From Octopus sinensis (lineage: Eukaryota), in assembly GCF_006345805.1 (NCBI RefSeq), contig NC_042997.1:77004001-77068000 (forward strand): DNA of 64,000 nt, written 5' to 3'. Below are positions 1 through 13,808 of this stretch, in pieces. Positions within the stretch are counted from its first letter, which is position 1. Each line of letters opens with the position of its first letter. A program made the position numbers and the translations under genes. The notes beneath the pieces were generated by a model. The model did not search any database. It saw only the letters and a list, made by a program, of their open reading frames with translations, and was not told the DNA's origin.

Positions 1-599
1 ACAACAGAATATGCTTCAACACACGAACTCATATAAAGAATCTTGCAAACCAAAAAACGAAAAAATAAATCTAGTTTTCTGGATACTCAGCTACATAGAA
101 CACTTTATATTAGACTACTTTATAATTGATTACTATGTGGATTGATAGCTGAGTCTGTATGAGGAGCTTACTGTGATGGCTGCATGATCCTTTGAAACCA
201 TATCTTACACTACTCATTTATATTTATATGTGATTACTATAATAATAATAATAAGGATTATTTCAAAGTAGCATAGCTTTACCTTTAATTCTGTGTTATA
301 TATATACAGCTTCAAATAGACCTGCACATGGTTCTACTGCATTGATTAGTGACTGTTGCATTTGCAACCCTGCTGTAATACTGGTGCAATTTCTTTAGGG
401 TCTTCACTTCAATATCCTTTGATTTAACTGTTTAAAGTTTTTTGTTTATTTACTCTGTGTTGTATGATATGGAGTTGTTCGTTAATTTAAGACGCGAACT
501 ATCTTCAATTCAAGTTTTAATTGGATAATCACTTATCCAATTCTGTTGTTTAAATGTTTATTACTCATTTATACTGAGCAAAGGTAAATTTCCTCACAT

Positions 600-830
600 G
601 CAACCATCTTAAAGCTTGTTCCTGTCTAGAATTTATTATATTACCCGTAGATGTGAAATGGGTTGCAATTTTTCTATACAAAGGTCACATTTATTAGTTC
701 CTAGTCTGTATGGTTTTGCAGTACTAATTAATTCACAATTAATAGTATAGTTTTCATTTTTGTCTTTAATAGACCAGATTAATTTACTTAGACTTGTTTG
801 GAATCTTTTACCTCCATCGCTACATGAACT
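600..830 (-). pseudogene. Penelope-like element, C-terminal (GIY-YIG-region) fragment, degenerate
   Basis: ORF 636..1013(-) ends TSLSKLIWSIKDKNENYTINCELISTAKPYRLGTNKCDLCIEK, resembling the T.LSKYIW.LK...W.I...A.PY....C.LC..EK motif at the end of PLE endonucleases; truncated by the RTE at about 861. Confidence 0.5.
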
Positions 831-860
831 TACTACATATATTAGTAAACAAGAAAACAA

Positions 861-1797
861 ACAGTGGCCCTGTTCGATTTGTAGGAAAGGTGTAGGCGGG
901 AACTCCATTTGGTGTACCCAGTGTAAGCTATGGACATACAGGAGGTGCAGTGGATTAATAGGAAGGTTATCAAAGAAAGTAGCGTTTTTATATGGAAGAT
1001 TGACAGGGTCCATAAAAAAGCTATAGTCTCAGGAAATTGCTTTTCTCAAATGCCCTGGTGGCTCATTAGAGGCAGTAGATAATTTCTACTACTTAGGGAA
1101 CCAAATTGATAATGGAATAGGATGGAGGAAATTCAGAGAGCTTTTACCTCTGTTGACTACAAAAGGTTTCTCTCTTTGAGTGAAAGGAAGATTGTGTGAT
1201 CCATGTATATGGACAGCAATTCTACATGGTAGCGAGATGTGAACCCTGAATGCAGAAGATACATAAAGGTTAGAGAGGAATGAGGCCAGTGTGCTCTGCT
1301 GGATGAATAATGTAAGTGTACATGTTCTACAGAGTGCTAGTAAATTGAGAATGTAGGCATAAGAGGAATTAGATGTTGCGTGCCAGAGAGAAGACTGCAC
1401 TGGTTTGGTCATGTGATATAGTTGGATGTCAACAACTCCATAAAGAAATGCCAATCTCAGAGTAGGTGGGACATACATGAAAGTGGAAGACCCAGGAAAG
1501 CATGGGGCAAAGTACTGACAGACGATCTAAAGATGCTGAAGCTTTCAGGCAAGATGACAAAAGACCAGGATACCTGGTGCCTTACTGTACTCAAGAAAAC
1601 CTGTACTCCACAGCAGGAATGTTCAGGCTGGTCTTCCTGGTGAATTGGATTGGCCTGCAAGAGTCCTATACTGGTGCAAAATCACCCAACACACTCTGTA
1701 AAGTGGTTGGCATTAGGAAGGGCATGCCAAATCATACTGGAGCCTGGTACAACTCTCCAGCTTGCCAACATGGACAACAGACATTAAATGATGATGG
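861..1797 (+). mobile_element. RTE LINE 3' fragment, degenerate
   Basis: WPCSICRKGVGGNSIWCTQCKLW, YYLG and GRPRKAW motifs with stops and frameshifts; ends in the shared tail ...ttaaatgatgatg. Confidence 0.85.
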
Positions 1798-1949
1798 GGT
1801 AGAGATACATAAGTGTGCATGTATATGACTGTGTTGTGATACTCATGTTGGCTTCTGTCTTCCTTACTTTTTAATGTTCTTTCATTCTAGTTTTCTTATG
1901 GATACACAAAAGACATTTTTGTTTCTTTGTGAATAAAGTCAATAATGAA

Positions 1950-2530
1950 AATTTGTATGGTTACTATTGTAGGCTTGACTGTGTTTTTGGTTCAGTCCTA
2001 CAGCACAGCACATTGGGAAAGTATCTTCCTCTGGTCCTGTTAACCAAAGCCTTATGAATGGCCTTGATCAACAAACTGAAGGCTCATTGTATGTGTGTTT
2101 GTATGTTTGTTTACACATGTGATCACTTATATGGAAGATATGTCGGTAGTGTTTTTGTTGTCAATTTGCTTGTCAGCATATTGTCTGGTCTCTTTGTATC
2201 TTCGAAGCCATGTGAAATAAGAGATCCCTTACTTGAGAAGCAGATGAGGGTTGACTGCCTCAGTATCTGAATGTGTGTGTGTGTGTGTGAATATATATTT
2301 GTTAATTTGTTTTACATTCATTTTCTTTTTTTGTATGTGTTGAATGAATCTGTTATTTGATATATATATATATATATGTTATTTCAATATATATGTGTGT
2401 ATCTTTGTGTTGGTTCACCCACTGCTTGATAACCATTGTTAGTTTGTTTATATTTCCATTAGTTAGTGGTTCAGCAATGAAGCTGATGGAATGAAGACTT
2501 CAAAAGAAAAATATTAAAAAATATTGGAGT
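1950..2530 (+). mobile_element. Degenerate tRNA-derived CORE-type SINE with simple-repeat middle
   Basis: ggttcagtcctacagcacagcacattgggaaagtatcttc resembles the reverse complement of the better preserved SINE at 33745-33905. Confidence 0.45.
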
Positions 2531-2548
2531 TCATTTGATGGACTAAAC

Positions 2549-3246
2549 TATTCAAACTAGAGTATTTATCATAAGTTGTAAGTTTTTTCTTTTGTTTCAA
2601 ATTTGAATGAAATCCCAAAGATATAAATGTTAAATTGTTAGAATTGTGCTTTTCTACTCATTGATGTTTCACCTCATGTCAGATCAAGATATTAAACCTA
2701 AGACTGTTTCATAGCCTCATTCAAATAATTGAGGCTAGTAAAAAGACTACAAATTGATAAATATATGTATATATGTAAACTTAAAATTGTTAAAATTTGA
2801 TGAAAATTTTTCTAAATAAATTTCACTAAATTCCTCTTACATTAGTCATTCTAGAGCATATATTTGGGGCTAAAATACAACAGAATTCAGTTCTTATGTT
2901 ACAGTTAAAGATATAATGTAGGTTTTGTAATATGACACACACTAGAAATGTAATGCATGGATTTGTAAGATTTATTCTAGAGTCGATTCTGCATATTATT
3001 TCCCTTCTTATAAACTTCATGCATTGCAGTAGTAGTCTAACCAATGAATAAGGAAAATAATACAGTGCAATACATTTTGTTGTATTCAAACTAGAGTATT
3101 TATCATAAGTTGTGAGTTTTTTCTTTTGTTTCAAATTTGAATGAAATCCCAAAGATATAAATGTTAAATTGTTAGAATTGTGCTTTTCTACTCATTGATG
3201 TTTCACCTCATGTCAGATCAAGATATTAAACCTAAGACTGTTTCAT
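2549..3246. repeat. 164 bp near-perfect direct repeat (2549-2712 and 3083-3246)
   Basis: Identical apart from gttgtaagt vs gttgtgagt. Confidence 0.9.
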
Positions 3247-3830
3247 CTTTCCATGAATAGCCAACCACACACTGCATTATGTATGATTTTAAAAAAATTT
3301 ATCAGTTCTTTTTAGTCAGTCAAGCAACCATGCAGATGTTCGTTTGTCCAGCTAGTATTACCAAGAAATGTCACATAAACCAGGTGAATTTCTACCATTA
3401 CAATCATAAAATTTAACAAAGAAACTTCATTGACTAGTGTATTATACCATAAGCCTTAAAATGCTTTTGAAATAAATAAAATTTGAAGAAATAAGTTTCA
3501 AAATTTTATTGCAAGTGCATTAAATTGAATTCATTCATAAATATGCATTTCTTTAAAAGGCTTTCTTTCTCTCAAATTCTTAAGTTCCTGTATCTTGTAC
3601 GTAGAAAATTAAAAATTAAAAAAGTACTGTGCAACAAGAGTATGAATAAGAAAAATATTATGTTGGGAATGAACCATCGACAGTTTTTGAAGTCATCAAA
3701 TGAATAATTCAAACCGAAAAAATACTGGAAATGTGTTGGGAACAAGAAAATAAATCTCTTTAACTAAATGCAATAATATAAATGTAAAATAAAAAATAGA
3801 TAAAATAAAATAAAATAAAATAAATATATA

Positions 3831-5124
3831 GGAAGGTAGACAAATCACAAACGCCTTCAGGTAGATGGCCCTGCTCAATCTGTAGAAAAGGTGTAGGTAG
3901 AAACTCTATAAGATGCACCAAGTGTAAGCTATGGACACATAAGAGGTGCAGCAATGTCAAAGGAAGGCTAACTAGGAAGATGGTTTTTGTATGTGGCAGA
4001 TGCTCAGGAACAATAAACACTGAAAATGCTCTGAGACCAATCCGTCACTTTCCAGGGAGAAAAACTAGAAATAGTTGATAGCTTCCGTTATCTAGGTGAC
4101 CAAGTCAGCAGCGGGGGCGGGTGTGCTGAAAGTGTAACTGCTAGAGTAAGAATAGCTTGGGCAAAGTTCAGAGAGCTCTTACCTCTGCTGGTGACAAAAG
4201 GCCTCTCGCACAGAGTAAAAGGCAGACTGTATGATGCGTGTGTACGAACAGCCATGCTACATGGAAGTGAAACATGGGCCGTGACTGCTGAGGACATGCG
4301 TAAACTCGCAAGAAATGAAGCCAGTATGCTCCGATGGATGTGTAATGTTAGTACTCATACTCGGCAGAGTGTAAGTACCTTGAGAGAAAAGCTGGACCTA
4401 AGAATCATCAGTTGTGGTGTGCAAGAGAAACGTTTGCGCTGGTATGGGCATGTGGCGAGAATGGATGAAGATAGTTGTGAGAAAAAGTGTCACACCCTAG
4501 TGGTTGAGGGAACCTGTGGAAGAGGCAGACCCAGGAAAACCTGGGACGAGGTGGTGAAGCACAACCTTCGAACTTTAGGTCTCACTGAGGAAATGACTAG
4601 AGACCGAGACCTCTGGAAGTGTGCTGTGCGTGAGAAGACCTCGCAGGACAAGTGAGACCATAACCCGTGGCCTTCTACATGGGATGGAGCCAGCCTACGT
4701 ATGCATACCTTCCCTTCTTGGGACACAAAACTCTACTTGTGAAGACCTGTTGAGGCAAGTGAGGATCAGAATCGAAATCGATCAATGGAAATTGCAGATG
4801 AGTTACCAGTGCCGGTGGCATGTAAGAGAACCATCCATTCGTGACCGTTGCCAGCGCCGCCCCGACTGGCCTCGTGCCGGTGGCACGTAAAAAGCACCAT
4901 CCGTTCGTGGCCGTTTGCCAGCTGTCTGGCACCTGTGCGGGTGGCACGTAAAAAGCACCCACTACACTCACGGAGTGGTTGGCATTAGGAAGGGCATCCA
5001 GCCGTAGAAACACTGCCAGATTTGACTGGGCCTGATGAAGCCTTCCGGCTTCACAGACCCCAGTTGAACCGTCCAACCCATGCTAGCATGGAAAATGGAC
5101 GCTAAACGATGATGATGATGATGA
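3831..5124 (+). mobile_element. 5'-truncated RTE LINE (PHD finger, RT C-terminus, 3' UTR, (GAT)n tail)
   Basis: ORF 4191..4655 with LHGSETW, RLRWYGHVARM and GRGRPRKTWDEVV; tail ctaaacgatgatgatgat followed by (TA)n. Confidence 0.95.
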
Positions 5125-5449
5125 TATATATATATATACACATACAAATATATACATACATATACATACACATATTAAATAATAATATAAATAGTATCTA
5201 TATATGTATGTATATATGTGTGTGTGTATGCATATATGGGTACAGGACATCACCAACTGTGTAAACAACATGAAATGCGAAAACAAGTTAAATACGCAAA
5301 CAACAAAAGAAAAAATGGAAAACAGGACAAGTAAAAATAGAGAAGAACCATCATCAGTTGTCAGCTGTCTATCTACCCCTCATTTCAATCATTCCTGTTT
5401 TTGTTCCCAACTTTGACCCTCCATAAATCCTAAATTTTATTTTGGAATT

Positions 5450-6612
5450 TATGGGAGCAACTGTCTTTGAAGACTCATATTAGAAGCTGTGCTCATGGTG
5501 TAGGCAATGCGACAGAGTACAATAGAGTCTGTGCGTTGAATCCCCCCCCCCTTGGCTGGAGACGTGACCACACACCAATACGAAACCGGCTGCCTGTCGC
5601 GACAGCCGGAAAGGTACCTAGGATACCGATTCCAACGCTGCAGCCCTGTACTGGTCCACTGCTTTGCGTGAAGACATGTTGAGTGAATAGCAATGCAGCC
5701 ACGCACACAGCCCAACTGACCTGGTACTTGGAGCCACTCTATCTTCCGAATGTACGGATCCATTTTGCTGACTTCCCTAACCAACATTGGCACTGTTGAC
5801 AAGGGACTGTACACCTTGGAGACTTACTGCGGATGGTGGGTATGGACTCACTCGAGAACTGCAAATCATTACGGACCCGCAATTTCCAGGGCCACCGACA
5901 GCGCACCAGACGTGGCGCTCTACAGGCACCATATCAGTATCTCAAGACAAGCCACTTCCACAGACGTAGTCCTTTACAAAAAAGGGAGAACTCTTCCCAG
6001 AGCTCCCAGCAATGTCTCCAGGCTTGCTTGCATTGCTGCTGCTTTACCTGGCCACTGGCTTTGACGATGAAGATGCTACTAGGAGCATGCCACATTCCTG
6101 CCATCAGAGGGGGCACTCTGCTAGTTCCGGTTTATGAATGTTAACCCGATTCCCTTTCAATGCAAGGCCATCCGCTTGCTTGCGCGCACTAATAAAATCA
6201 ACGACGGATCTGGCGCATTTCATGGAAGCTTTTACCCACTTCTTAGGACCAACTGGCTCATACTCGACTGCCATTGCCAGTCATCAAATTCGATGACTGG
6301 CATCTGTGCTAGTGGAGCGCTAAGAGCACCATCCGCGCGTGATTATTGCCAGAGCAGTTGACTGGCTTCCATGCCAGTGGCACGTAAAAAGCATCATTCG
6401 AGCATGATTGTTACCAGTGACGCCTTAGTGGCACATAAAAGCATCCACTACACTCTCAGAGTGGTTGGCATTAAGAAGGGTATCAAGCTGTAGAAACTCT
6501 GCCAGATCAGATTGGAGCCTTGTGCAGCCATCTGGTTCGCCAGTCCTCAGTCAAATCATCAAATCCGTGCCAGCATGGAAAGCGGACATTAAATGATGAT
6601 GATGATGATGAT
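5450..6612 (+). mobile_element. Unclassified GC-richer segment ending in an RTE-type 3' tail
   Basis: About 6300-6612 matches the RTE 3' UTR (ggcacgtaaaaagca, gtggttggcattaagaaggg, ggaaagcggacattaaatgatgat); upstream part has no recognisable intact ORF. Confidence 0.5.
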
Positions 6613-6626
6613 ATTTCTATGTATGT

Positions 6627-6665
6627 ATGTATATATATATATATACATATGTATGTGCGCATATA

Positions 6666-6746
<81 letters not shown>
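6627..6746. repeat. (TA)n microsatellite
   Basis: Direct sequence. Confidence 0.95.
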
Positions 6747-6750
<4 letters not shown>

Positions 6751-6751
<1 letters not shown>

Positions 6752-7255
6752 CGCACATCCTGGAGTATAATCCGCATTTTTTTCCCAAAATTTAAAGGTC
6801 AAAATCCCTAGTGCGTACTATATACGAGGTTAAAAATGAAAAGTATTTTCTAAGCAATGTCCGAGTCTCTATTTGCTGTCCGGCAATGTTTATTCAGACG
6901 CACTTTGTGATGTCGGGCGCGAAAATACCTTAAGCTAAGCCTGAAAGCAATGAAGTCATAAAAGAATTATCCATAACTTGCAGTAAGCAACATTTATTAA
7001 AATAAAAGTATTCAGAACACAAAATAACATGTAACAAAAACAATTTGCAAACATATTTACATTCCCATATAACAGTTAAGAACATCACCATTATTGTATT
7101 ACGCATGTGCAGAAGTGTTTGTCCGACTAGGTGCTGCTGGCTTAATTATGCACAACTGAAGTTAGAGAAGGGGTGTGTATTATACACAAGGATTAGGTTT
7201 TTCAGAGGTACAGCCCCCTAAAAATCCCCTGCATATTATACTCAAGGCTTTACGG
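6751..7255. mobile_element. pogo/Tigger-type MITE
   Basis: Imperfect TIRs ccgcacatcctggagtataatccgca and tgcatattatactcaaggctttacgg, in TA-rich flanks. Confidence 0.65.
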
Positions 7256-7280
7256 TATATATATGTATGCACACACACAT

Positions 7281-7313
<33 letters not shown>

Positions 7314-7320
7314 ATGTATA

Positions 7321-10079
7321 TAAGCCATTAGAGCAAAGAAACAGGCCTGGAAAGCCTGGAGGGATGGGGGTAGCAGGGAACTGTACCAGATAGCCAAAAG
7401 GGAGGCTGGGCGGCAGGTATACATAGCCAAGGGTGAAGCAGAAAAGAAGTTTGCCAATGTCCAGCGATGTGAAGACAGTGTGTGAGAGAAAATAGTGATG
7501 TCACAGGAGAGAAATGCATCCGCATGGATGATGGTGCACTTGCTTTCAATGTTTCTGAAAAGAAAAAGGCTTGGAGAAGCCATTATGAGACTGCTGAATG
7601 TGGAGAATGAATGGAAGGAGGAGAGCCTGCCAAATGTTGACCCAGTAGAGGGACCAGCTATCCGAATAGACAGCTCCCTAGTAGTTAAGGCAATTAAGCG
7701 TATGAAACCAGGAAAAGCCCCCGGCCCATCAGGAATCACTGCCGAGATGCTTAAAACATCTGGTGGCATGGGCTATGGCCTAGTCACCCGCATTGTAAAC
7801 CAGGTAGTTCATAATGGAGTCATACCCAATGACTGGTGTGGCAGCACCATAGTCAACTGCTACAAGGGCAAAGGTGATGCTCTAGATAGAAATAACTACA
7901 GGGTTATTAAACTGTTGGATCAGGTGATGAAGGTCACAGAGAGGGTCATAGCCTATCTCATTAGGGAGAGAGTTTGCTTAGACGAGATGCAGTTCGGTTT
8001 TGTGCCAAGTAGAAGCACCACTGGTGCCATATTCCTGGTTCGACAACTGCAGGAAAAATACCTAGCTAAAGATAAACCCCTCTACATAGCTTCCATGGAC
8101 TTGGAGAAAGCCTTTGACAGGGTCCCCCGATCCCTTATCTGGTGGTCGATGCGGAAACTCGAGATTGATGAATGGTTAATAAGGGCTGTACAGGCCCTAT
8201 ACAGAGAGGCTGTCAGCAAGGTTAGGATTGGCAATGAGTATAGTGAAGAATTCCGGGTAGAAGTAGGTGTCCACCAAGGCTCAGCCCTCAGTCCCTTTTT
8301 ATTCATCATAGTCCTCCAGGCAATAACAGAGGAATTCAAAACAGGTTGCCCCTAGGAGCTCCTCTATGCTGATGACCTGGCCCTCATAGCAGAATCACTA
8401 CCGGAACTAGAAAAGAAATTTCGGGTGTGGAAGCAAGGTTTAGAATCAAAGGGCCTTAGAGTAGATGTAGCAAAGACAAAAGTTATAGTAAGCAGAAAGG
8501 CGAACTCATCACACACACCCTCGGGCAGGTGGCCCTGCTCGATCTGTAGGAAAGGTGTAGGTAGAAACTCCATAAGATGTACCCAGTGTAAGCTATGGAC
8601 ACATAAGAGGTGCAGCAACATCAAAGGAAAATTAACTGAAAAGATAGCTTTCGTGTGCGGCAGATGCACAGGGGCAATAGACACCACAGATACTCAGAAA
8701 ACAGATTCCTTCACACTTCAGGGGAAGAAACTAAAAGTAGTTGATAGTTTCCTCTACCTAGGTGACCAAGTTAGTTGTGTAGGTGGATGCTCAGAGAGCG
8801 TCACCAATAGAATACGAATAGCCTGGGCAAAGTTTCAAAAGCTCCTACCCCTACTGGTGACAAAGAGTTTCTCGCTCAGAGTGAAAGGTAGATTGTATGA
8901 TGCATGTGTGCAAACCACTATGCTTCACGGTAGTGAAACATGGGCTGTGACTGCAGAGGACATGCGTAGACTTGAAAGAAATGAAGCTAGCATGATCTGC
9001 TGGATGTGTAACGTCAGTGTGCACACACGACAGAGTGTGAGCGCCTTGAGAGAAATGCTGGACATAAGCATCAGATGTGGTGTGCGAGTGAGACGTTTGC
9101 GCTGGTATGGCCATGTACTGCGGATGGATGAGGAGAGATGTGTGAAGAAGTGCCACTCCCAAACAGTTGAAGGTATCAGGGGGAGAGGTAGACCCAGGAA
9201 GACATGGGATGAGGTAGTCAAGCATGTCCTTCGAACGTTGGGCCTCACAGAGGCAATGACGAAGGACCGAGATCTCTGGAGATAAGCTGTGACTGCAAAG
9301 ACCCGGGCTGCTTCCTCCACCAATTTCACATAGCCCCAGCCCATCCAAAGTACCTGGATTGCAGAACGACCTGCTGTGCTTACCTTGGATTGTGATGGTG
9401 ACCTGCTGTGCTTACCTTGGATTGTGATGGTGACCTGCTGTGCTTACCTTGGATTGTGATGGTGACCTGCTGTGCTTACCTTACCTTGTGATGGTGACCT
9501 GCTGTGCTTGAGGAGACCTATTGAGTCAAGTACATCAGTATCAGTATCAAAACAAATATCAAATGGAAATTGTAGTTACGCAATACCTGTGCCGGCAGCA
9601 CGTAAAAAGCACCATCCGAACATGGCCGATGCCAACATTGCCTTGACTAGCTTCTGTGCCGGTGCACATGACCTGCTGTGCTTGAGGAGACCTATTGAGT
9701 CAAGTACATCGACATCAAAATGAAAATCAAATGGAAATTGTAGTTGTGATACCTGTGCCAGTGGCACATAAAAAGCACCATCCGAACGTGGCCGATGCCA
9801 GCGTCGCCTTGACTATCTTCTGTGCCGGTGGCATGTAAAAAGCACCAACCGATCGTGGTCGCTGCCAGCCTACCCTGGCACGTAAAAAGCACCCACTACA
9901 CTCACGGAGTGGTTGGCGTTAGGAAGGGCATCCAGCTGTAGAAACCCTGCCAGATCAGACTGGAGCCTGGTGCAGCCTCCTGGCTTTCCAGACCCCGGTC
10001 GAACTATCCAGCCGATGCTAGCACGGAAAACGGACATTAAACGATGATGATGATGATGATGATGACGACAACGACGACG
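7321..10079 (+). mobile_element. 5'-truncated RTE LINE, second subfamily, RT interrupted by a nonsense codon
   Basis: ORFs 7495..8355 (QFGFVP, DLEKAFDRVP, GVHQGSALSP) and 8425..9285 joined across GCP-TAG-ELLYADD; (GAT)n tail. Confidence 0.95.
9369..9509. repeat. 32 bp minisatellite inside the RTE 3' UTR (4 copies plus partial)
   Basis: acctgctgtgcttaccttggattgtgatggtg at 9369, 9401, 9433, variant at 9465, partial at 9497. Confidence 0.95.
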
Positions 10080-13000
10080 CAAGATTTTGACTTATTGTTT
10101 TTTCAAACCTTTGAAAATACACATCCAGCTTGTCCAAATTAGCTTTGGTGATGCATTAAAAATTGAGACATACATTCCTGTTTGTCTTCTAAACTGTAAT
10201 AAAGGCTGCTTAGCATGTCATAGAAACCACAATATATTGACAAACGATATTTATAAACTATAGTAGATTTTGATTCTCTGAGTTTGAAATTGATTTTTGT
10301 ACTAAACTATGATGAATTTTAAGTCGTGATGTCCCACAATCTAGATTCTGATATTTTAATAGAAAAATATACAAGCAAAAATTGATTAATTTGTTCCAAA
10401 ATGGTTAAGAGGTTGAAGGTGTTTATGCTAAATAGGCAAACTATTTTAAAAAAAACAACAGATACCTGCAGAAATTTTCTTAGTTTCCTCAGAAAAGAGA
10501 GAAAGTAAAGTCACAAGGAAAAAGTAATAATATGCCAAAACTTTTACTTGAAATATTCTTGTAAATTTTGAAGTTATTTGATAAATGATCTCAGATTGTG
10601 TGTTAAACTCAAGCAAATTACATAATGGAAAAGTCTTTTGTAACCAAGGAAGAACACACAAAAATCTGTTTTATTTATTTTTCATTTATTTCTCAATAGT
10701 ATTGTTTATTATGAAAGTGACAGAAAGTTCTCTTGCACTTCTGTGGTCTGACCACTGAGACCATTTAAGAGATAGAGCGTGAAAGTATATCAGTACCAAA
10801 TCACAGATCTACAACAGAATTTTTGAGATTTTCTTAATGGACAGTACTTTCAAGCAGTAAATGAAAAGGCTTTGCATGCTTTGTCTAAAATGACTGTTTC
10901 ATGATGTAATCTTGTAAATATACTAGCTGAAAAACCGCACTCTGTGCAAGCTTTTAAGCTAGTTCCTGTGGAGGGCTAATTGGGCCTGCGGCCCAAAGTG
11001 AAAGTAGATAGCATGGCTATAATATGTCTATAATGACTATATGCCCCAGTGGTGTTTGATGAGAAGTTAAGGACAGATGAGAATTAATTCTGTAATGCAA
11101 CCATTCTATTGCTCTTGTCCCAAGTTGAATTCCAACTGTTGGACATTCTGTCCCAAAGTTCTTATCTCAATGTAAAATTAATGATGCAAATGTCTTCTAT
11201 CTTCTCCTTGATCTCTGATGTCATCTGACAAATGCCAACCAAGATGGCATGAATCAACCACGGTTTTCCTGCTAGAAATAGCAACCCAAATGCTTTTAAA
11301 TCTGATCCCAATACTGATGTTCAAGAACCAAATGAAGAGCAGATTTTCAATCCTGAGATTATCATAACTCCAAAAGTGTATAATATGTCTATGTAGAGCA
11401 AATGTAGACTGAGATACAAGGGTCCCAGACAGAATTTCATGTTTATTATTATAGAAGTAATTCGTTAATAATAGTGTAATTTCATCTTTAGAATTCCTTA
11501 GCCATACACAGTTCCCATATGGTAAATTTCTTTGTTTACTTTCTGTTAATTCTTTTAATCAATGCCAAAAAATTAGTTACTCATTCTGCTTCAGTCTTCT
11601 TTATCCTTAGAATGAATAAGAAGTTATGCATTATATGCTATGTGCAGAAGTTCAAAAGCAAAAATAGATGTATTACAAAGCTCTTTAGTCAGCAGAATCC
11701 TGAGGGACATCCAGAGATCAGACACATCTTAAAAGGTAATATTATGGTATTGCTGAATTCCAAGCACAAGACAATCAATAAAAGTTGAAATGTTGACAGA
11801 GAAAACAATCAAGCAAGATATAAAAGAATGTTAACTGCTGGTAGGGACAACAGTGTATAAGTTAATACTGTGTCCTACTTTTTGTGTTAGTTGTGTGATT
11901 TAATCACTTTAAGCCTATCTCTATTGATTTTCTATTGAATTTAGATCTAGAACTAAAAATTATGATGTTTCATATACAAATACATCTATATAGACAATGT
12001 GCTTGAAGATAGAAAAGCAAGTTAATTAGTGTATATACATATTTCAGGCATTATTGCTCCTTCTTCAGTACCACATCCAACCCATTAACAATCCACAACC
12101 ACATTGCTTAAATAGCAAGCATCAATCTAGTTCTATGAAACAAGTTTACTTCACCAGAACTCACAAACATTAATGCCAGTAACTGTCCACTCCCATCACA
12201 ACTAAAAGATCACCACCACACAACACCTTTCTTTCAGTGCTACAACAAGATATGTAATATGAAATTATATGTCTAAAAAGATAAGTAATTTCAGTAAATG
12301 AGTTTTACATTGAACTAGTTGTCACCATTATAGACCATGAGAATACTAGTGGGGGGTTTATTCCTCACATTTAATAAACTCTGGTATGAACAAAATCTAT
12401 TGCACTTTTGAAAAGTTTTATTGCAAATAACTTCAACTGTTACCAGATCCTGAAATGCACGTTCATTAAGTGTGTTTGGGGGCTAAGAAACAAGAACTAA
12501 GTACTCTTCTGTAGAAGAAACAAAGTTTAACCTTATTTTGTGAGGATCTTTTATTTAAAAACTTCTGTTTGCCACCATATCTGTTTCTGTTTCTTCATTC
12601 AGTGAATTTCTTTGGATTGTTTCTTGCTGATATTTCAGTGTCATTTGTACCTACCAGCAATCTAAGTGATATTGGGATTATCAATTCTGGGCAGCAGTGA
12701 TCATTGCATCAATTATTTCATTTAGTGATGCAGACCCTACAAATCCTTTGAACTTTACAAAGTCTGCTGCATATCTTCTTCAAGTTTTTCCTAAAGAAAT
12801 TTTTGTCAAGATGAGCAGTGAGCCCACAAGATATGTGTGCCTATAGGGCAACATGATCTTTACATCAATGGAGATTAAGGCATATCTCAGAATACAATTT
12901 CTAATAAGAGTTGTGCAATATCTAAATTGCAGAGACTACTGGAGTGCAAGTTCAACCCTGTGACAAGGCGTCAATGCCCATACAGGAATCTTGTAAATCT

Positions 13001-13808
13001 TGTAAATATATGAGGAAACATTTATAATCAAATTACATATCTTTATTCAACTTACTAGGGCAGCTGACAGTGACATGACATCAGTAAAACTCAACAAGTA
13101 AAGCCATACTATACATCAGCAATTATTGTAGTCTATCATCAAATTTAGAAATTCATGCAATAGTTATTTCTTATGACTTTCATACTGAACTGACTGCATT
13201 TTCATAAAAATCTCTAGTTTCTAGCAGGATTGGAAGATTTATCTAGAGGAAAACACAACAGGACTTTATAGGTTAATAAAGTAAGATGTTCTAGCAAAGG
13301 GACCTGTATCATATAATAGTTGATTGTTTGCAACTACAAATCCTGTAAATATTTAAAATTTGTAAGCAAGCATGATCCTTATCATGTGACACAAGCATCA
13401 AATACAAAAAGAAAAACTAAATTGTCAAGGGAAAGAGATCAGTAATTACTTTAGCTGAATCTTGTGAGAAAAATAATGCAGAAAGTTACATATCCAGTTA
13501 TAAGAGAGTGAGAATGATAAATGAATGAAAATGTAATTTGTTTAGAAACAAACCAAATGGGTGTGGACAGGAAAGAAAATAATAGTTAACAGCAGCCAGC
13601 ATTAGTAATTACATAAGTTACTTGGTTACAAGAGGAGTAATTATGTATTTAAGCTAAAATATATAAATGGATATCAGCTATCAGATTAATTTTATGTCAT
13701 GATTGTAAATCAAGGCAAGAAGTCTATGTACACACAGTCGCATAACTTGAATAGAATGCAGAAGTAGACACTTATGAAGAAATTAAATCTTTTGTTCAAC
13801 AATGATAT

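Noticed and set aside
5030-5060. CTGATGA followed by a hairpin
   Set aside because: No GAAA after the stem; it is a mutated RTE tail sequence.
12690-12850. 58-codon open frame (YWDYQFWAAVIIAS...SEPTRYVCL)
   Set aside because: No convincing acceptor site or homology; left uncalled.
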